From the NCBI GenBank assembly GCA_963817955.1, contig CAWFQK010000004.1:1600001-1664000 (forward strand): a stretch of 64,000 nucleotides of DNA, given 5' to 3'. Source of the DNA: an uncultured Gemmatimonadaceae bacterium. GTDB lineage: Bacteria > Gemmatimonadota > Gemmatimonadetes > Gemmatimonadales > Gemmatimonadaceae. The notes under the pieces were generated by a model that did no database searches, had not been told where the DNA came from, and saw only the letters and a list, made by a program, of their open reading frames with translations. Of the stretch, positions 18,220-26,830 are shown in pieces. Positions within the stretch are counted from its first letter, which is position 1. The number at the start of each line of letters is the position of its first letter. The position numbers were made by a program, and so were the translations under genes.

Positions 18220-19139
18220 AGTCCCTTATCCTCGCCGACGAGTGAGACGAACATGTCCTCGAGCGACACGCGCTGCGGCGTCACGCGAAAGATGTCAGTC
18301 CCAGCGCCCACGAGATGGCGCATGATATCGGGCAGCACAGTGTCCGACGGGACGCTGAAGGTGAGTTGGCCGGCGTCGAATCGCGCCGCGGTGGCCCACT
18401 GCGCCAAGCCGCCAACCGCACCGTCCGAGACGTTCGCTGCGTGCACGGTGACCTGGAGTCCTTCGATGGCGGTCCCGAGGGACTGCGTCGCCACGACTTC
18501 ACCTGCCTTGATGAAGGCGACGCGGTCGCAGGTGACCTCGATCTCGCTGAGCAGATGCGAGTTCAGAAAGACCGTGGCACCCCGATCGCGCTGCGCACGA
18601 ATGACGTCGCGCACCATGCGTCGACCCATTGGATCGAGGCCAGACGTGGGCTCGTCGAGGAAGATGAGGTCGGGATCATGAATCAACGCCTGGGCCAAGC
18701 CAAGTCGCTGCAGCATGCCTTTGGAGAACCCGCGAATTCGCCGCTGCGCATGTGCGCTGATCCCTACCATCTCCAGCGCTTCCGGCACGCGGGCGCGGAG
18801 GCTGGCAGCCGACATCCCGGCCAAGCGACCGTGCAGCGACAACAACTCCGACGCCGTGAGCCAATCGTAGAACCGAAAATCCTCGGGCAGGAACCCGATC
18901 CTCCGCCGGACGGGCACGTCGCCCGCCGGTTTTCCGAGGACCATGGCCTGGCCGCTGGACGGCCGAACCAGTCCGAGCAGCATCTTGATTGATGTACTCT
19001 TGCCCGCGCCGTTGGGGCCGAGGAATCCGAATATCTCGCCGCGTTCGACCGTCAGCGACAGGCCTCGCACGGCCGCGTGCGCGCCAAAGAGCTTCCGAAG
19101 GTCGTGCGTTTCGATGGCGGGTCCAGAGGAGGAAGTCAT
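18216..19139 (-). CDS. ABC transporter ATP-binding protein
   Basis: Walker A GPNGAGKS, signature FSKGM, Walker B LDEPTSGLD. Start set at ATG 19139. Confidence 0.95.
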   Translation of the reverse strand: MTSSSGPAIETHDLRKLFGAHAAVRGLSLTVERGEIFGFLGPNGAGKSTSIKMLLGLVRPSSGQAMVLGKPAGDVPVRRRIGFLPEDFRFYDWLTASELLSLHGRLAGMSAASLRARVPEALEMVGISAHAQRRIRGFSKGMLQRLGLAQALIHDPDLIFLDEPTSGLDPMGRRMVRDVIRAQRDRGATVFLNSHLLSEIEVTCDRVAFIKAGEVVATQSLGTAIEGLQVTVHAANVSDGAVGGLAQWATAARFDAGQLTFSVPSDTVLPDIMRHLVGAGTDIFRVTPQRVSLEDMFVSLVGEDKGL

Positions 19140-19156
19140 CACAGGAGCCTCATAAC

Positions 19157-20086
19157 TCAGCGCGCCATGCGCGCGAGCGCGATGCCGTCCGCCGAGCTGC
19201 CGTAGCCGGTGAGGGTATAGACAATGCCGTCGGCGGCCCACAGCAGCGCGTACGTGGGTCCACGGCGCCCGCCAGAGTTGACGAGCATGGCCGGGACGCC
19301 GGCGACATGCAGGGTGTCGTACGAGCGCAGATTGCGAGGCAATGACATGCTGAGCGCCTTCGACGCGTCGAACAGCCGCTGGAAGTCGCCGCCCTGTTTG
19401 GGGCTCATGCCGGCGAGCTCCAGCGCGATTCCGACGAGCTGCTCGGCATCGAGCGGCGGTGGAAAGATGACCGTGGTCTGCGGGGTCTCCATGAGCACCA
19501 CGCAGTTGCCGTTGTCCGTGGTCGGTGGGGGCGGCCCCTGGAGCTGGTTCTGCAGCGTGTTGGCGATTGGTGCCGGGCAATTGCCATACTGAACGCGGAC
19601 CGCGCGATGGGTGGTCAGGGTGACCGTTGCCCCTTCCACCGATGCGGGTTGCGCGAGCGTGGGCCGCCCCGCCTGTCGAAGATTCGTCTGAAGCTGCTCG
19701 GCAATCACCCTGATCTGATCGGCGTGCGACCCAATGACACTGAACGAGGGTGGATCGGTGCGACCGGCGAACAGACGCGGAGCGAATTCGGCGGCACGGC
19801 GCGCGGAGTCGGCCGACGGCACAGCAAAGTCGGGTTCATCGAGCGAGACCACCGTCGTATCGGTGAGCAGACCGGCGACGAGCTGCTGGAGTTGCCGGTT
19901 GCCGCTCGTGCCCGCCGCCGGAGCGGTCGCTGCGATCGGCTTGGGTTTGGCGATGCGGAGCGACGCAAAGAAGCGCGGTCCCAGGGCGCCACCCGGCATT
20001 GGCGCTGCACACAGCGCCGCGATGCCAACGACAGCGACGATCGGCACGAGCCACCTGTTGTGTTGCACTGCTGATTCGTCGGACAC
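19157..20086 (-). CDS. Membrane-anchored hypothetical protein, probably co-transcribed with the ABC genes
   Basis: N-terminal TM segment, 309 aa, ends 17 bp upstream of the ABC ATPase. Confidence 0.65.
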   Translation of the reverse strand: MSDESAVQHNRWLVPIVAVVGIAALCAAPMPGGALGPRFFASLRIAKPKPIAATAPAAGTSGNRQLQQLVAGLLTDTTVVSLDEPDFAVPSADSARRAAEFAPRLFAGRTDPPSFSVIGSHADQIRVIAEQLQTNLRQAGRPTLAQPASVEGATVTLTTHRAVRVQYGNCPAPIANTLQNQLQGPPPPTTDNGNCVVLMETPQTTVIFPPPLDAEQLVGIALELAGMSPKQGGDFQRLFDASKALSMSLPRNLRSYDTLHVAGVPAMLVNSGGRRGPTYALLWAADGIVYTLTGYGSSADGIALARMAR

Positions 20087-20125
20087 GAGTTCTCCAGGAC
20101 GCCGTTGCCGGCAGGTTCGATAATA

Positions 20126-20998
20126 CTACGCCACCGCCGAAGTTTGGCGAGCATCGCTCCGCGGCCGCCCCAGCGTGACTCGCGTACCCCGCCGCCGCGC
20201 GCGCACTCGCCACCGCCGCCATCCGTCCCACACGTTCGCCACGAGCAAACCCGCCAGGAGATAATACGCCGCGCCGACGCCCTCGAACACCGCGTACGCC
20301 ACGATGGCGGCGATCGCGCCATAGACGAGCTGGTCCCGGTGCTTCGGGGGCGACGTTGGCGGGTCCGTCACCATGAACAGGGCGAAGAACACCGCCGCGT
20401 GGAGATCCGGCGCTCGGTACAGTTCGGCCACGTGCGCCGGATCGCCCACGAACGCCGAGAGAGTAAAGAGGAAATAATAAATACCCAGAAACGCGAGGAC
20501 CGCCGGCAGCTTGTTCACGCGGGCGGCGATGAACACCCCCGTCACGAGCAGCGCGAGGATTGCCCAGAGGGGCAGTTCGGGCAGCGCGCCCCACCAGCTC
20601 TGTCCCGTGTGAAACGGATAGAACGTCGCGACGAGCGCCAGCGCTGCCGGATTGAACACGTTTGCGTTGCCGACGCGGATGATGTACTTGCTCACCACGC
20701 CCGCTGCCGCCGTTACGGCCGCCACGTACCACGGCTCGTGCGGACTGAGCACCATCGCCACGATCAATCCCGTGAGCAGCGCGCCGCTCGGCAGCTGCCA
20801 CCGGCCCGAGCGCCACCGCAGGATCGGCGCGTCCACGGCCATTGCGGCAACCACGGCCGCGGCGAGCCCTGGAAGCGCCAGTCGAAATCCTTCTCTGGGT
20901 ACGGCCATCCCGAGCAGGATCGCCAGGACGATGGTCACCAATCCCTTGGGCGTTCCAAAGAAGCGTTTGGCCACACGAATGCTTGATACAGGAATCAT
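20126..20998 (-). CDS. RnfD/NqrB-like membrane protein
   Basis: SGALLTGLIVAMVL, NVFNPAALAL and FFALFMVTDPPTSP motifs; ATGA overlap with apbE. Confidence 0.88.
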   Translation of the reverse strand: MIPVSSIRVAKRFFGTPKGLVTIVLAILLGMAVPREGFRLALPGLAAAVVAAMAVDAPILRWRSGRWQLPSGALLTGLIVAMVLSPHEPWYVAAVTAAAGVVSKYIIRVGNANVFNPAALALVATFYPFHTGQSWWGALPELPLWAILALLVTGVFIAARVNKLPAVLAFLGIYYFLFTLSAFVGDPAHVAELYRAPDLHAAVFFALFMVTDPPTSPPKHRDQLVYGAIAAIVAYAVFEGVGAAYYLLAGLLVANVWDGWRRWRVRARRRGTRVTLGRPRSDARQTSAVA

Positions 20999-21930
20999 GA
21001 TGCCGCCGGAAGGTACGTCGCGAACGCTGTCGTCTCGAACCGATCGAGCGTGGGTGTGATGATCAGACCATCCACGGACGAACGCTCGAGCAGTGCGAGT
21101 CCCTCGACGGGGCCGAGCACGAACGCGGCGGTAGAGAGGGCATCGGCCAGCGTCGCCTGCGGCGCAACGACGGTGACGCTCGCCGCGCCGGTCGCCGGCC
21201 TGCCGCACCGCGGATCGATGATGTGGTGCTCGCCGTCGCGCGGGCTCCGCCGCTCGTAGTCCCCCGACGTACACACGGCAGCATCACTCACCCAGAGCGT
21301 GCAGATCAGCGTGTCAACGGCGCGCGGATGACGCACGCCAACGGCCCAGGGGTCGCCTGTCGCGTTGTGCCCTGCCAGGTACAGATCGCCGCCCGCATCG
21401 ATGGCAAAGTTCTCGAGTCCCCATGACTTGCGCAGTTCAAGCGCGGCTATGTCGATGGCAAGACCCTTGGCGACCGCGCCGAAATCGAGCATTAGCGGCC
21501 GCGTGAGCGTGATCGTCTGCGCGTCCTCGTCGAGCACCACGTCGCGGTAGCTCACGGCGTCGGACGCGTTCCCGGCAGTCCGGACGGCGTTCCCGGTCCG
21601 ATACTCGCGATCGAACCCGCGCGCTTCCATCCTGTTGCCAACGGTCGGATCGAACGCGCCGAAGCTTGTCGCGGCGACGGCGATCGCCGCGCGCGCGATC
21701 TCGAACAGGATCGTGCTGACCGGCTGTGGCGAGCCTGGCCGGCGGCAGAGTGCGGTCAGCTCACTATTTGGATCAAAGCGCGAGCAGCAGCGCTCCAATT
21801 CCGCGAACCACCGCACGGCCGCCGCTGCGGCGTGCGCCCGGTCACGCGACTCGTCGGTGTCGGAGCCCGCGATCCGGATACTGACCACGGTGCTCATCGC
21901 CGAGCAACTGTGGACGAAGACGTCGCTCAC
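20995..21930 (-). CDS. apbE: FAD:protein FMN transferase
   Basis: AMST, FDPTVG, LDFGAVAKGLAID, DAGGD, TSGDYER and HIIDPR motifs; GTG start overlaps the upstream stop codon. Confidence 0.93.
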   Translation of the reverse strand: MSDVFVHSCSAMSTVVSIRIAGSDTDESRDRAHAAAAAVRWFAELERCCSRFDPNSELTALCRRPGSPQPVSTILFEIARAAIAVAATSFGAFDPTVGNRMEARGFDREYRTGNAVRTAGNASDAVSYRDVVLDEDAQTITLTRPLMLDFGAVAKGLAIDIAALELRKSWGLENFAIDAGGDLYLAGHNATGDPWAVGVRHPRAVDTLICTLWVSDAAVCTSGDYERRSPRDGEHHIIDPRCGRPATGAASVTVVAPQATLADALSTAAFVLGPVEGLALLERSSVDGLIITPTLDRFETTAFATYLPAAS

Positions 21931-22709
21931 TTTGCCTTCGAGAGTGCTTCGACCACGGCGCCATAGAACGCATTCGTGCTCTGCGTTGCCCCTGAGATGT
22001 AGTCGACCTCGGCGCTCTGGCGGTCGACCACCTGCTTGGGAAGCGCCGCGATCCACGAACATGAATAGCGCGTCAGACATTGCGTGATCGTCGCGGAAAC
22101 GATGCGCCCATTCTTGATCTCGACGGCCGCCTGAATATCGCCGTGGCGCGAGCTGCCCCAGCCCGCGTACGTGCCGTCCTTCAGGCCGTGATCGGTCGCC
22201 GCCTGCGACGCGGCGGAGTCTGTGGGCACACCGACCGGGCTCGGGGTGACCGAGGCGGTGGCGGCGGGAGCTGGAGCGGCAGCTGGGGCCGCGGAGGGCG
22301 TGCTCGTCGGCGTTGGTGTCGTCTTCGCGGTGCGCTTTGCAGTGCCACTATGCGCCAATGCACGCGCGTCGCTCTGTGCGCTGTCGGGGCCTGTCGCCGC
22401 CTTCCGGTCCGACGGCTTGGCTGGCCGCACCGTATCCACCTGTATCGGCTGTAGTGGCTGGCGCGCAATCTCGGATTCCGCGACCGGCTCATGCCGGCGA
22501 CGCGTTGCGGGCCCATCGTCAAACTGACTCGCCGCCGCCCGCGTACGGAGGAAACCAGCGCTGTAGATCGCCAGCACCGCCGCCGAGCCGAACGTGACCA
22601 GGTTGTTGGTCGAGCGCTTGCCCGTTGCGCCGACGCGCAGGCTCGCCGCCACAGGATTGGCGGCGGGCGGGCGGTTCGAGTCAGGCGACGTGTCGTCTGC
22701 GGGTGTCAT
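21927..22709 (-). CDS. Membrane-anchored FMN-binding protein with a Pro/Ala/Thr-rich linker
   Basis: LKDGTYAG...GDIQAAVEIKNGRI domain; flavinylation motif VDYISGATQST. Confidence 0.9.
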   Translation of the reverse strand: MTPADDTSPDSNRPPAANPVAASLRVGATGKRSTNNLVTFGSAAVLAIYSAGFLRTRAAASQFDDGPATRRRHEPVAESEIARQPLQPIQVDTVRPAKPSDRKAATGPDSAQSDARALAHSGTAKRTAKTTPTPTSTPSAAPAAAPAPAATASVTPSPVGVPTDSAASQAATDHGLKDGTYAGWGSSRHGDIQAAVEIKNGRIVSATITQCLTRYSCSWIAALPKQVVDRQSAEVDYISGATQSTNAFYGAVVEALSKAK

Positions 22710-22863
22710 GGGGGGCAGGGGCGGGGGGGCGTGCGACGTCTCCCTCTCATTAGACGCAGAGCTGGGGTGGGACGTTGGTGGACGGAGCGAGGTCTACTTC
22801 ATGGATTGGGCTCCGGGTGTTGACCGGCTGGATGTCGCTGGCTGCTCCGTACCGGTCGGCCCA

Positions 22864-22963
22864 CCGGTCGGCGAGGTTCGAGTTTCCAGTTGTGAGTTGT
22901 GCGTTGTGAGTGTCCCGTGTCCCGTGTCCCGTGTCCCGTGTCCCGTGTCTTGTGTCTTGTGTC
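22864..22963. repeat. Dispersed 48-bp element (copy 2) plus heptamer tract (GTGTCCC)5(GTGTCTT)2
   Basis: 47/48 identical to 1253-1300; the tract ends 7 bp from the stop codon of the serine hydrolase gene. Confidence 0.95.
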
Positions 22964-22970
22964 AGCAGTA

Positions 22971-24386
22971 CTACTCACTCGCAACCAGGTACTGCTCCAG
23001 CTTTCCGTCTGGCATGGTGAACGTCGTCAGCGTCACGCTCTTGTCGCCGCACCGAATCCGAAACGACCGAAATGTCATACCGCCGCGGAGGCTTTGGCTT
23101 GCCTGGACAACCGCCGTTGGCGGCCCGAGCGGGGAAAGGCTGGACGCAAAGTCAGCGAGGGCCTGGTCGTTGAAGTACGCGTTGGCATTCGGCGTGAACA
23201 GCCTGCGGTCGATTGAACCGTGCTGCAGTCCGGTGAAGATCGCGCGCGCTTGCGCTACCGCCGGGTAGGTTGTCTGATCGGCGGTGGTGAACAGGATGTC
23301 GGTGATGCGGCTGGCAATCTGCCGGTACGCAGTGGCCGCGTCGAGGTTGGTGAGCACCACGATCGCCATGCGGTCGTCGGGGAAGATGCTGTTCTGCGCC
23401 GTGAAACCGGACACCTCGCCCGAGTGCGAAATGAGGCGATGCCCGTAGAGTGTTCCCACGTCCACGCCCAGCCCGTAGCCGGCGGCGACGCCATTGGCGA
23501 GCCCCACCGTCGTCTGTTGCGCGAGGTACGATTCCGGCGTGAGCACTTTCTGATCGATGACGGATATGTCCCAGCGCGCGAGGTCGCTGGCCGTCATCGC
23601 CAGTTCGCCAGCGGCGAACATCCAGCCGCTTCCTTCCTTTGGCGCCACGCGCGGCGGCCCTAGCGCATAGCGTAGATACCGCTGCGGATCTGTCGGTCCG
23701 AGCGCGCCGCTATCGCTGATGAATACCGACTCCATGTGCAGCGGCGTGAACACTTCCCGGCGAAGAAAGTCCACGAGCGGCATCCCTGCCACCCGCTCTA
23801 CGATCAGGCCGGCGATGACATAATTGGTATTGCTGTACTGCCACTTGGTGCCCGGCTCGAAGTCGAGTGGCTTGCGCGCCCACTCGTTGATGATCTGTTG
23901 GGCGGTCGTGGACTTGAGCATGGGCGGCATGACGTAGTCCTGCGGCCAGAAATCCTGGTAGCCCGACGTCATCGAGAGGATCTGCCGAATGGACACCTCG
24001 TTGGCGCGCGTGAGCTCGGGCAGCCAGCGGCCCACCTTGTCGTCGAGCGACAGCTGGTGGCGCTCGGCCAGCAGCAGGACGGCCGCCGCCGTGAACTGCT
24101 TGCTGATCGACCCAATGCTGTAGCGCATCGCCGGCGTGGCCGGGAGGGCCGGATCGATGCGTGCCATGCCGTACGCGTTGGCGTAGACGATCTTGCCGTC
24201 ACGCACGACCGCGATCGACGCACTCGGCGCGCCGGTCCCCGTGAGCACGGCTCGCGCGGCGTTGTCGATGGCCGTTTGGGTCGCGACCGGGAGCGTCGCC
24301 TGCGCCAGAGCCGCAGAGGTCTGGATGAACGTTGCGGCAATGAGCGCCGCGGCAAAACAAGCAGACCGGCGGGCAGGGACGAGCAT
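22971..24386 (-). CDS. Serine hydrolase, beta-lactamase/peptidase S12 family
   Basis: Signal peptide; SxxK (GSISKQF), YSN and HSG motifs. Confidence 0.93.
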   Translation of the reverse strand: MLVPARRSACFAAALIAATFIQTSAALAQATLPVATQTAIDNAARAVLTGTGAPSASIAVVRDGKIVYANAYGMARIDPALPATPAMRYSIGSISKQFTAAAVLLLAERHQLSLDDKVGRWLPELTRANEVSIRQILSMTSGYQDFWPQDYVMPPMLKSTTAQQIINEWARKPLDFEPGTKWQYSNTNYVIAGLIVERVAGMPLVDFLRREVFTPLHMESVFISDSGALGPTDPQRYLRYALGPPRVAPKEGSGWMFAAGELAMTASDLARWDISVIDQKVLTPESYLAQQTTVGLANGVAAGYGLGVDVGTLYGHRLISHSGEVSGFTAQNSIFPDDRMAIVVLTNLDAATAYRQIASRITDILFTTADQTTYPAVAQARAIFTGLQHGSIDRRLFTPNANAYFNDQALADFASSLSPLGPPTAVVQASQSLRGGMTFRSFRIRCGDKSVTLTTFTMPDGKLEQYLVASE

Positions 24387-24563
24387 GGGATCTCCTGGAG
24401 TCTGGGGGCGTCGCCCGAACCTATCGCCGCCCTGGTGTGTGCGGTAGGCGCTGAACAGTCGGCGAAAGACGGTGGTCTAGGAGCAGACGCCCGACTGCCT
24501 TGTCCGCCGGGCGCGGCTAGGTTTTTCCTCGCATCCCCCCCATCCCGCACCGAGGATAGTTCA

Positions 24564-26753
24564 ATGAGGCTCTTTCGGTCCGTTCCGCTCGCCGCCGCCG
24601 CTGCGTCGGTAGCGTTGGCGTTGGCGCTTCCTCTCGCCCGCAACTCAGCCGCGCACGCGCAGGTCGTGGCAAAGCAGACGACTGCCCCAAAAGAAGTGCG
24701 TCGCCTCACCTCCGCCGAGCCAACCCAGCCGGGCGGATGGGTGAAGGAGTTCGGAACGATGTGGACCTTCGAATCGCCGCCGCTCGCATACTGGAAGGCG
24801 CGATATGGTTTCACGCCGGATCAGGCGTGGCTCGACCACGTTCGTCTGTCTTCCATCCGTATTCCGGGATGCTCGGCGTCGTTCGTTTCCTCGGCTGGAC
24901 TGGTGATGACCAACCACCATTGCGGCCGCGAGTGCACCGCTGGTGCGTCGCCGCGGGACAGCAACTACATCGAGACTGGCTTCGCCGCGGGCACCGCTGC
25001 CGATGAGAAGAAGTGCGCCAACATGTACGCCGACCAACTCCAGTCGATCACGAACGTCACCGACATCGTTCGTAAGGCGGTCACGGCCACCGCGCCGGCA
25101 CAGCAGGTGGCACAGCGCAACGCAGAAATCGATCGGTTACAGAAGGAGTGCGCACAGCGGCCAATAGATGTCTGTGAAGTGGTCACATTCTATCAGGGCG
25201 GCATGTATTCGTTGTACAAGTACCGCCGCTGGACGGACATCCGGTTGGTGATGGCGCCCGAGGGCAACATCGCCTTCTACGGCGGCGACCCCGACAACTT
25301 CACGTATCCACGCTACGACCTCGACCTGACGTTGCTCCGCGTGTACGACAACGGCCAGCCGATCACACCGCCGGACTTTCTCAAGTGGAGCGCCGCCGGT
25401 GCCGGTGAGAACGATCTCGTATTCGTGACCGGCAACCCCGGCTCGACCGGCCGGCTGCTCACGCTCGCGCAGATGGAGTACCTCCGCGACGTCGACTACC
25501 CGAACCGCCTGGCCAGCTACAATCGCCTGTTAGGGATCTGGCATGCGCTCGGTGCGCGCTCGCCGGACGCTCAGCGTCGCTATCAGAACCAGGTCTTCAG
25601 CTACGAGAATTCGAAGAAGGCGACCATCGGCTACCGCGCGGGGCTCCTGGATTCGTCGATCATGGCCCGGAAGCGGACGTTCGAGCGGGACTTTCGCCGG
25701 CGCATCGAGGCGAACGCGGCACTGAAGGCAAAGTATGGCCGCGCCTGGGATGAGATCGCGCGCGCCGAGACGGAGTTGGCGTCGTTCGCGACGAGGCTGC
25801 AGTGGCAGAGCTTCGGCGGCGGTTCGACGTTGTTGAACTGGGCGGGCGGCATCGTGCGTGTGCCGCTGCAATCGGCCCTGCCCGATTCGCTCCGTCTGCC
25901 CCAGTATCGCGGCGCCGGCCTCGAGCGCGTGCGTCGCCAGCTTCTCGCCGCTACCCCGGTGGACACGGCCTTCGAGCGGATGGCGCTCGCCGCGACGTTC
26001 ACGGCATGGAAAGAAGTGTTGCCCGCCAACGACCCGGCGCTCATGAAGGCGCTGGCGCTCGGAGGCGGCGACCCGCAGCGTGCCGCCGCGGCCGTGATCG
26101 CGAGGACGACGCTCACGGATACCGCGGCACGGCGCGCACTGCTCGCCGGCGGATCGGCCGCCGTGGCTGCGTCCACCGACCCGCTCATCGGGCTGGCAAG
26201 AACGATCGAGCCGGTGAACCGCCGTCTCGCCGAGCGCGCAGCGCGCCTCGACGCGACCGTCTCGGCGAACGCCGAGAAGATCGGCCAGGCAATTTTTGCC
26301 GCTTACGGCACGTCGCTGCCCCCGGACGCGACGTTCACGCTGCGCATTACCGACGGCGTCGTGAAAGGGTATCCAATGAACGGCACGCTCGCGCCCTACA
26401 AGACGACCATGTTCGGTCTGTACGACCGCGCCGCATCGTTCGACAACAAGGATCCATTCCAGCTTCCCGATCGCTGGGCGCGCGGGCGTGACCGTCTGGA
26501 TCTCACTACCCCGATGGACTTCGTATCGACCAACGACATCATCGGTGGCAACTCGGGCAGCCCCGTGATCAACCGCAATGCCGAAGTGGTGGGGCTGATC
26601 TTCGACGGGAACATTGAGTCGTTGCCGAACCGATTCATCTTTACTGACGAAGTCGCTCGGTCCGTGAGCGTCAGCTCGCGGGCGATCGTCGAGGCGTTGA
26701 GAAAGCTCTACGGAGCAGACCGGATCGCCAACGAATTGCAGGGGAAGCAGTAA
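24564..26753 (+). CDS. Peptidase S46 (dipeptidyl peptidase DPP7/DAP BII family)
   Basis: GCSASFVS, TNHHC, DNFTYPRY and IIGGNSGSP motifs; signal peptide from ATG 24564. Confidence 0.95.
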   Translation: MRLFRSVPLAAAAASVALALALPLARNSAAHAQVVAKQTTAPKEVRRLTSAEPTQPGGWVKEFGTMWTFESPPLAYWKARYGFTPDQAWLDHVRLSSIRIPGCSASFVSSAGLVMTNHHCGRECTAGASPRDSNYIETGFAAGTAADEKKCANMYADQLQSITNVTDIVRKAVTATAPAQQVAQRNAEIDRLQKECAQRPIDVCEVVTFYQGGMYSLYKYRRWTDIRLVMAPEGNIAFYGGDPDNFTYPRYDLDLTLLRVYDNGQPITPPDFLKWSAAGAGENDLVFVTGNPGSTGRLLTLAQMEYLRDVDYPNRLASYNRLLGIWHALGARSPDAQRRYQNQVFSYENSKKATIGYRAGLLDSSIMARKRTFERDFRRRIEANAALKAKYGRAWDEIARAETELASFATRLQWQSFGGGSTLLNWAGGIVRVPLQSALPDSLRLPQYRGAGLERVRRQLLAATPVDTAFERMALAATFTAWKEVLPANDPALMKALALGGGDPQRAAAAVIARTTLTDTAARRALLAGGSAAVAASTDPLIGLARTIEPVNRRLAERAARLDATVSANAEKIGQAIFAAYGTSLPPDATFTLRITDGVVKGYPMNGTLAPYKTTMFGLYDRAASFDNKDPFQLPDRWARGRDRLDLTTPMDFVSTNDIIGGNSGSPVINRNAEVVGLIFDGNIESLPNRFIFTDEVARSVSVSSRAIVEALRKLYGADRIANELQGKQ

Positions 26754-26780
26754 TGCACGGGAAGCAGTAATCAGGTACGG

Positions 26781-26817
26781 CCTCGCCGGCACGGCCTTTC
26801 GGGCCGGTCGGCGAGGT
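26781..26817. terminator. Hairpin between convergent genes; its 3' arm is the 17-bp core of the dispersed element
   Basis: CCTCGCCG...GGCC TTTC GGGCC...CGGCGAGG. Confidence 0.55.
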
Positions 26818-26830
26818 TCGCTTGCGTTGG

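Noticed and set aside
22200..22330. Repetitive GC-rich stretch in the FMN-binding gene (also 53520-53550)
   Set aside because: It encodes an ordinary Pro/Ala/Thr or Gly/Ala linker and is not an independent DNA repeat.
23736..24563. N-terminal extension of the S46 ORF (1005 aa)
   Set aside because: It is antisense to the serine hydrolase gene; RBS and signal peptide point to ATG 24564.
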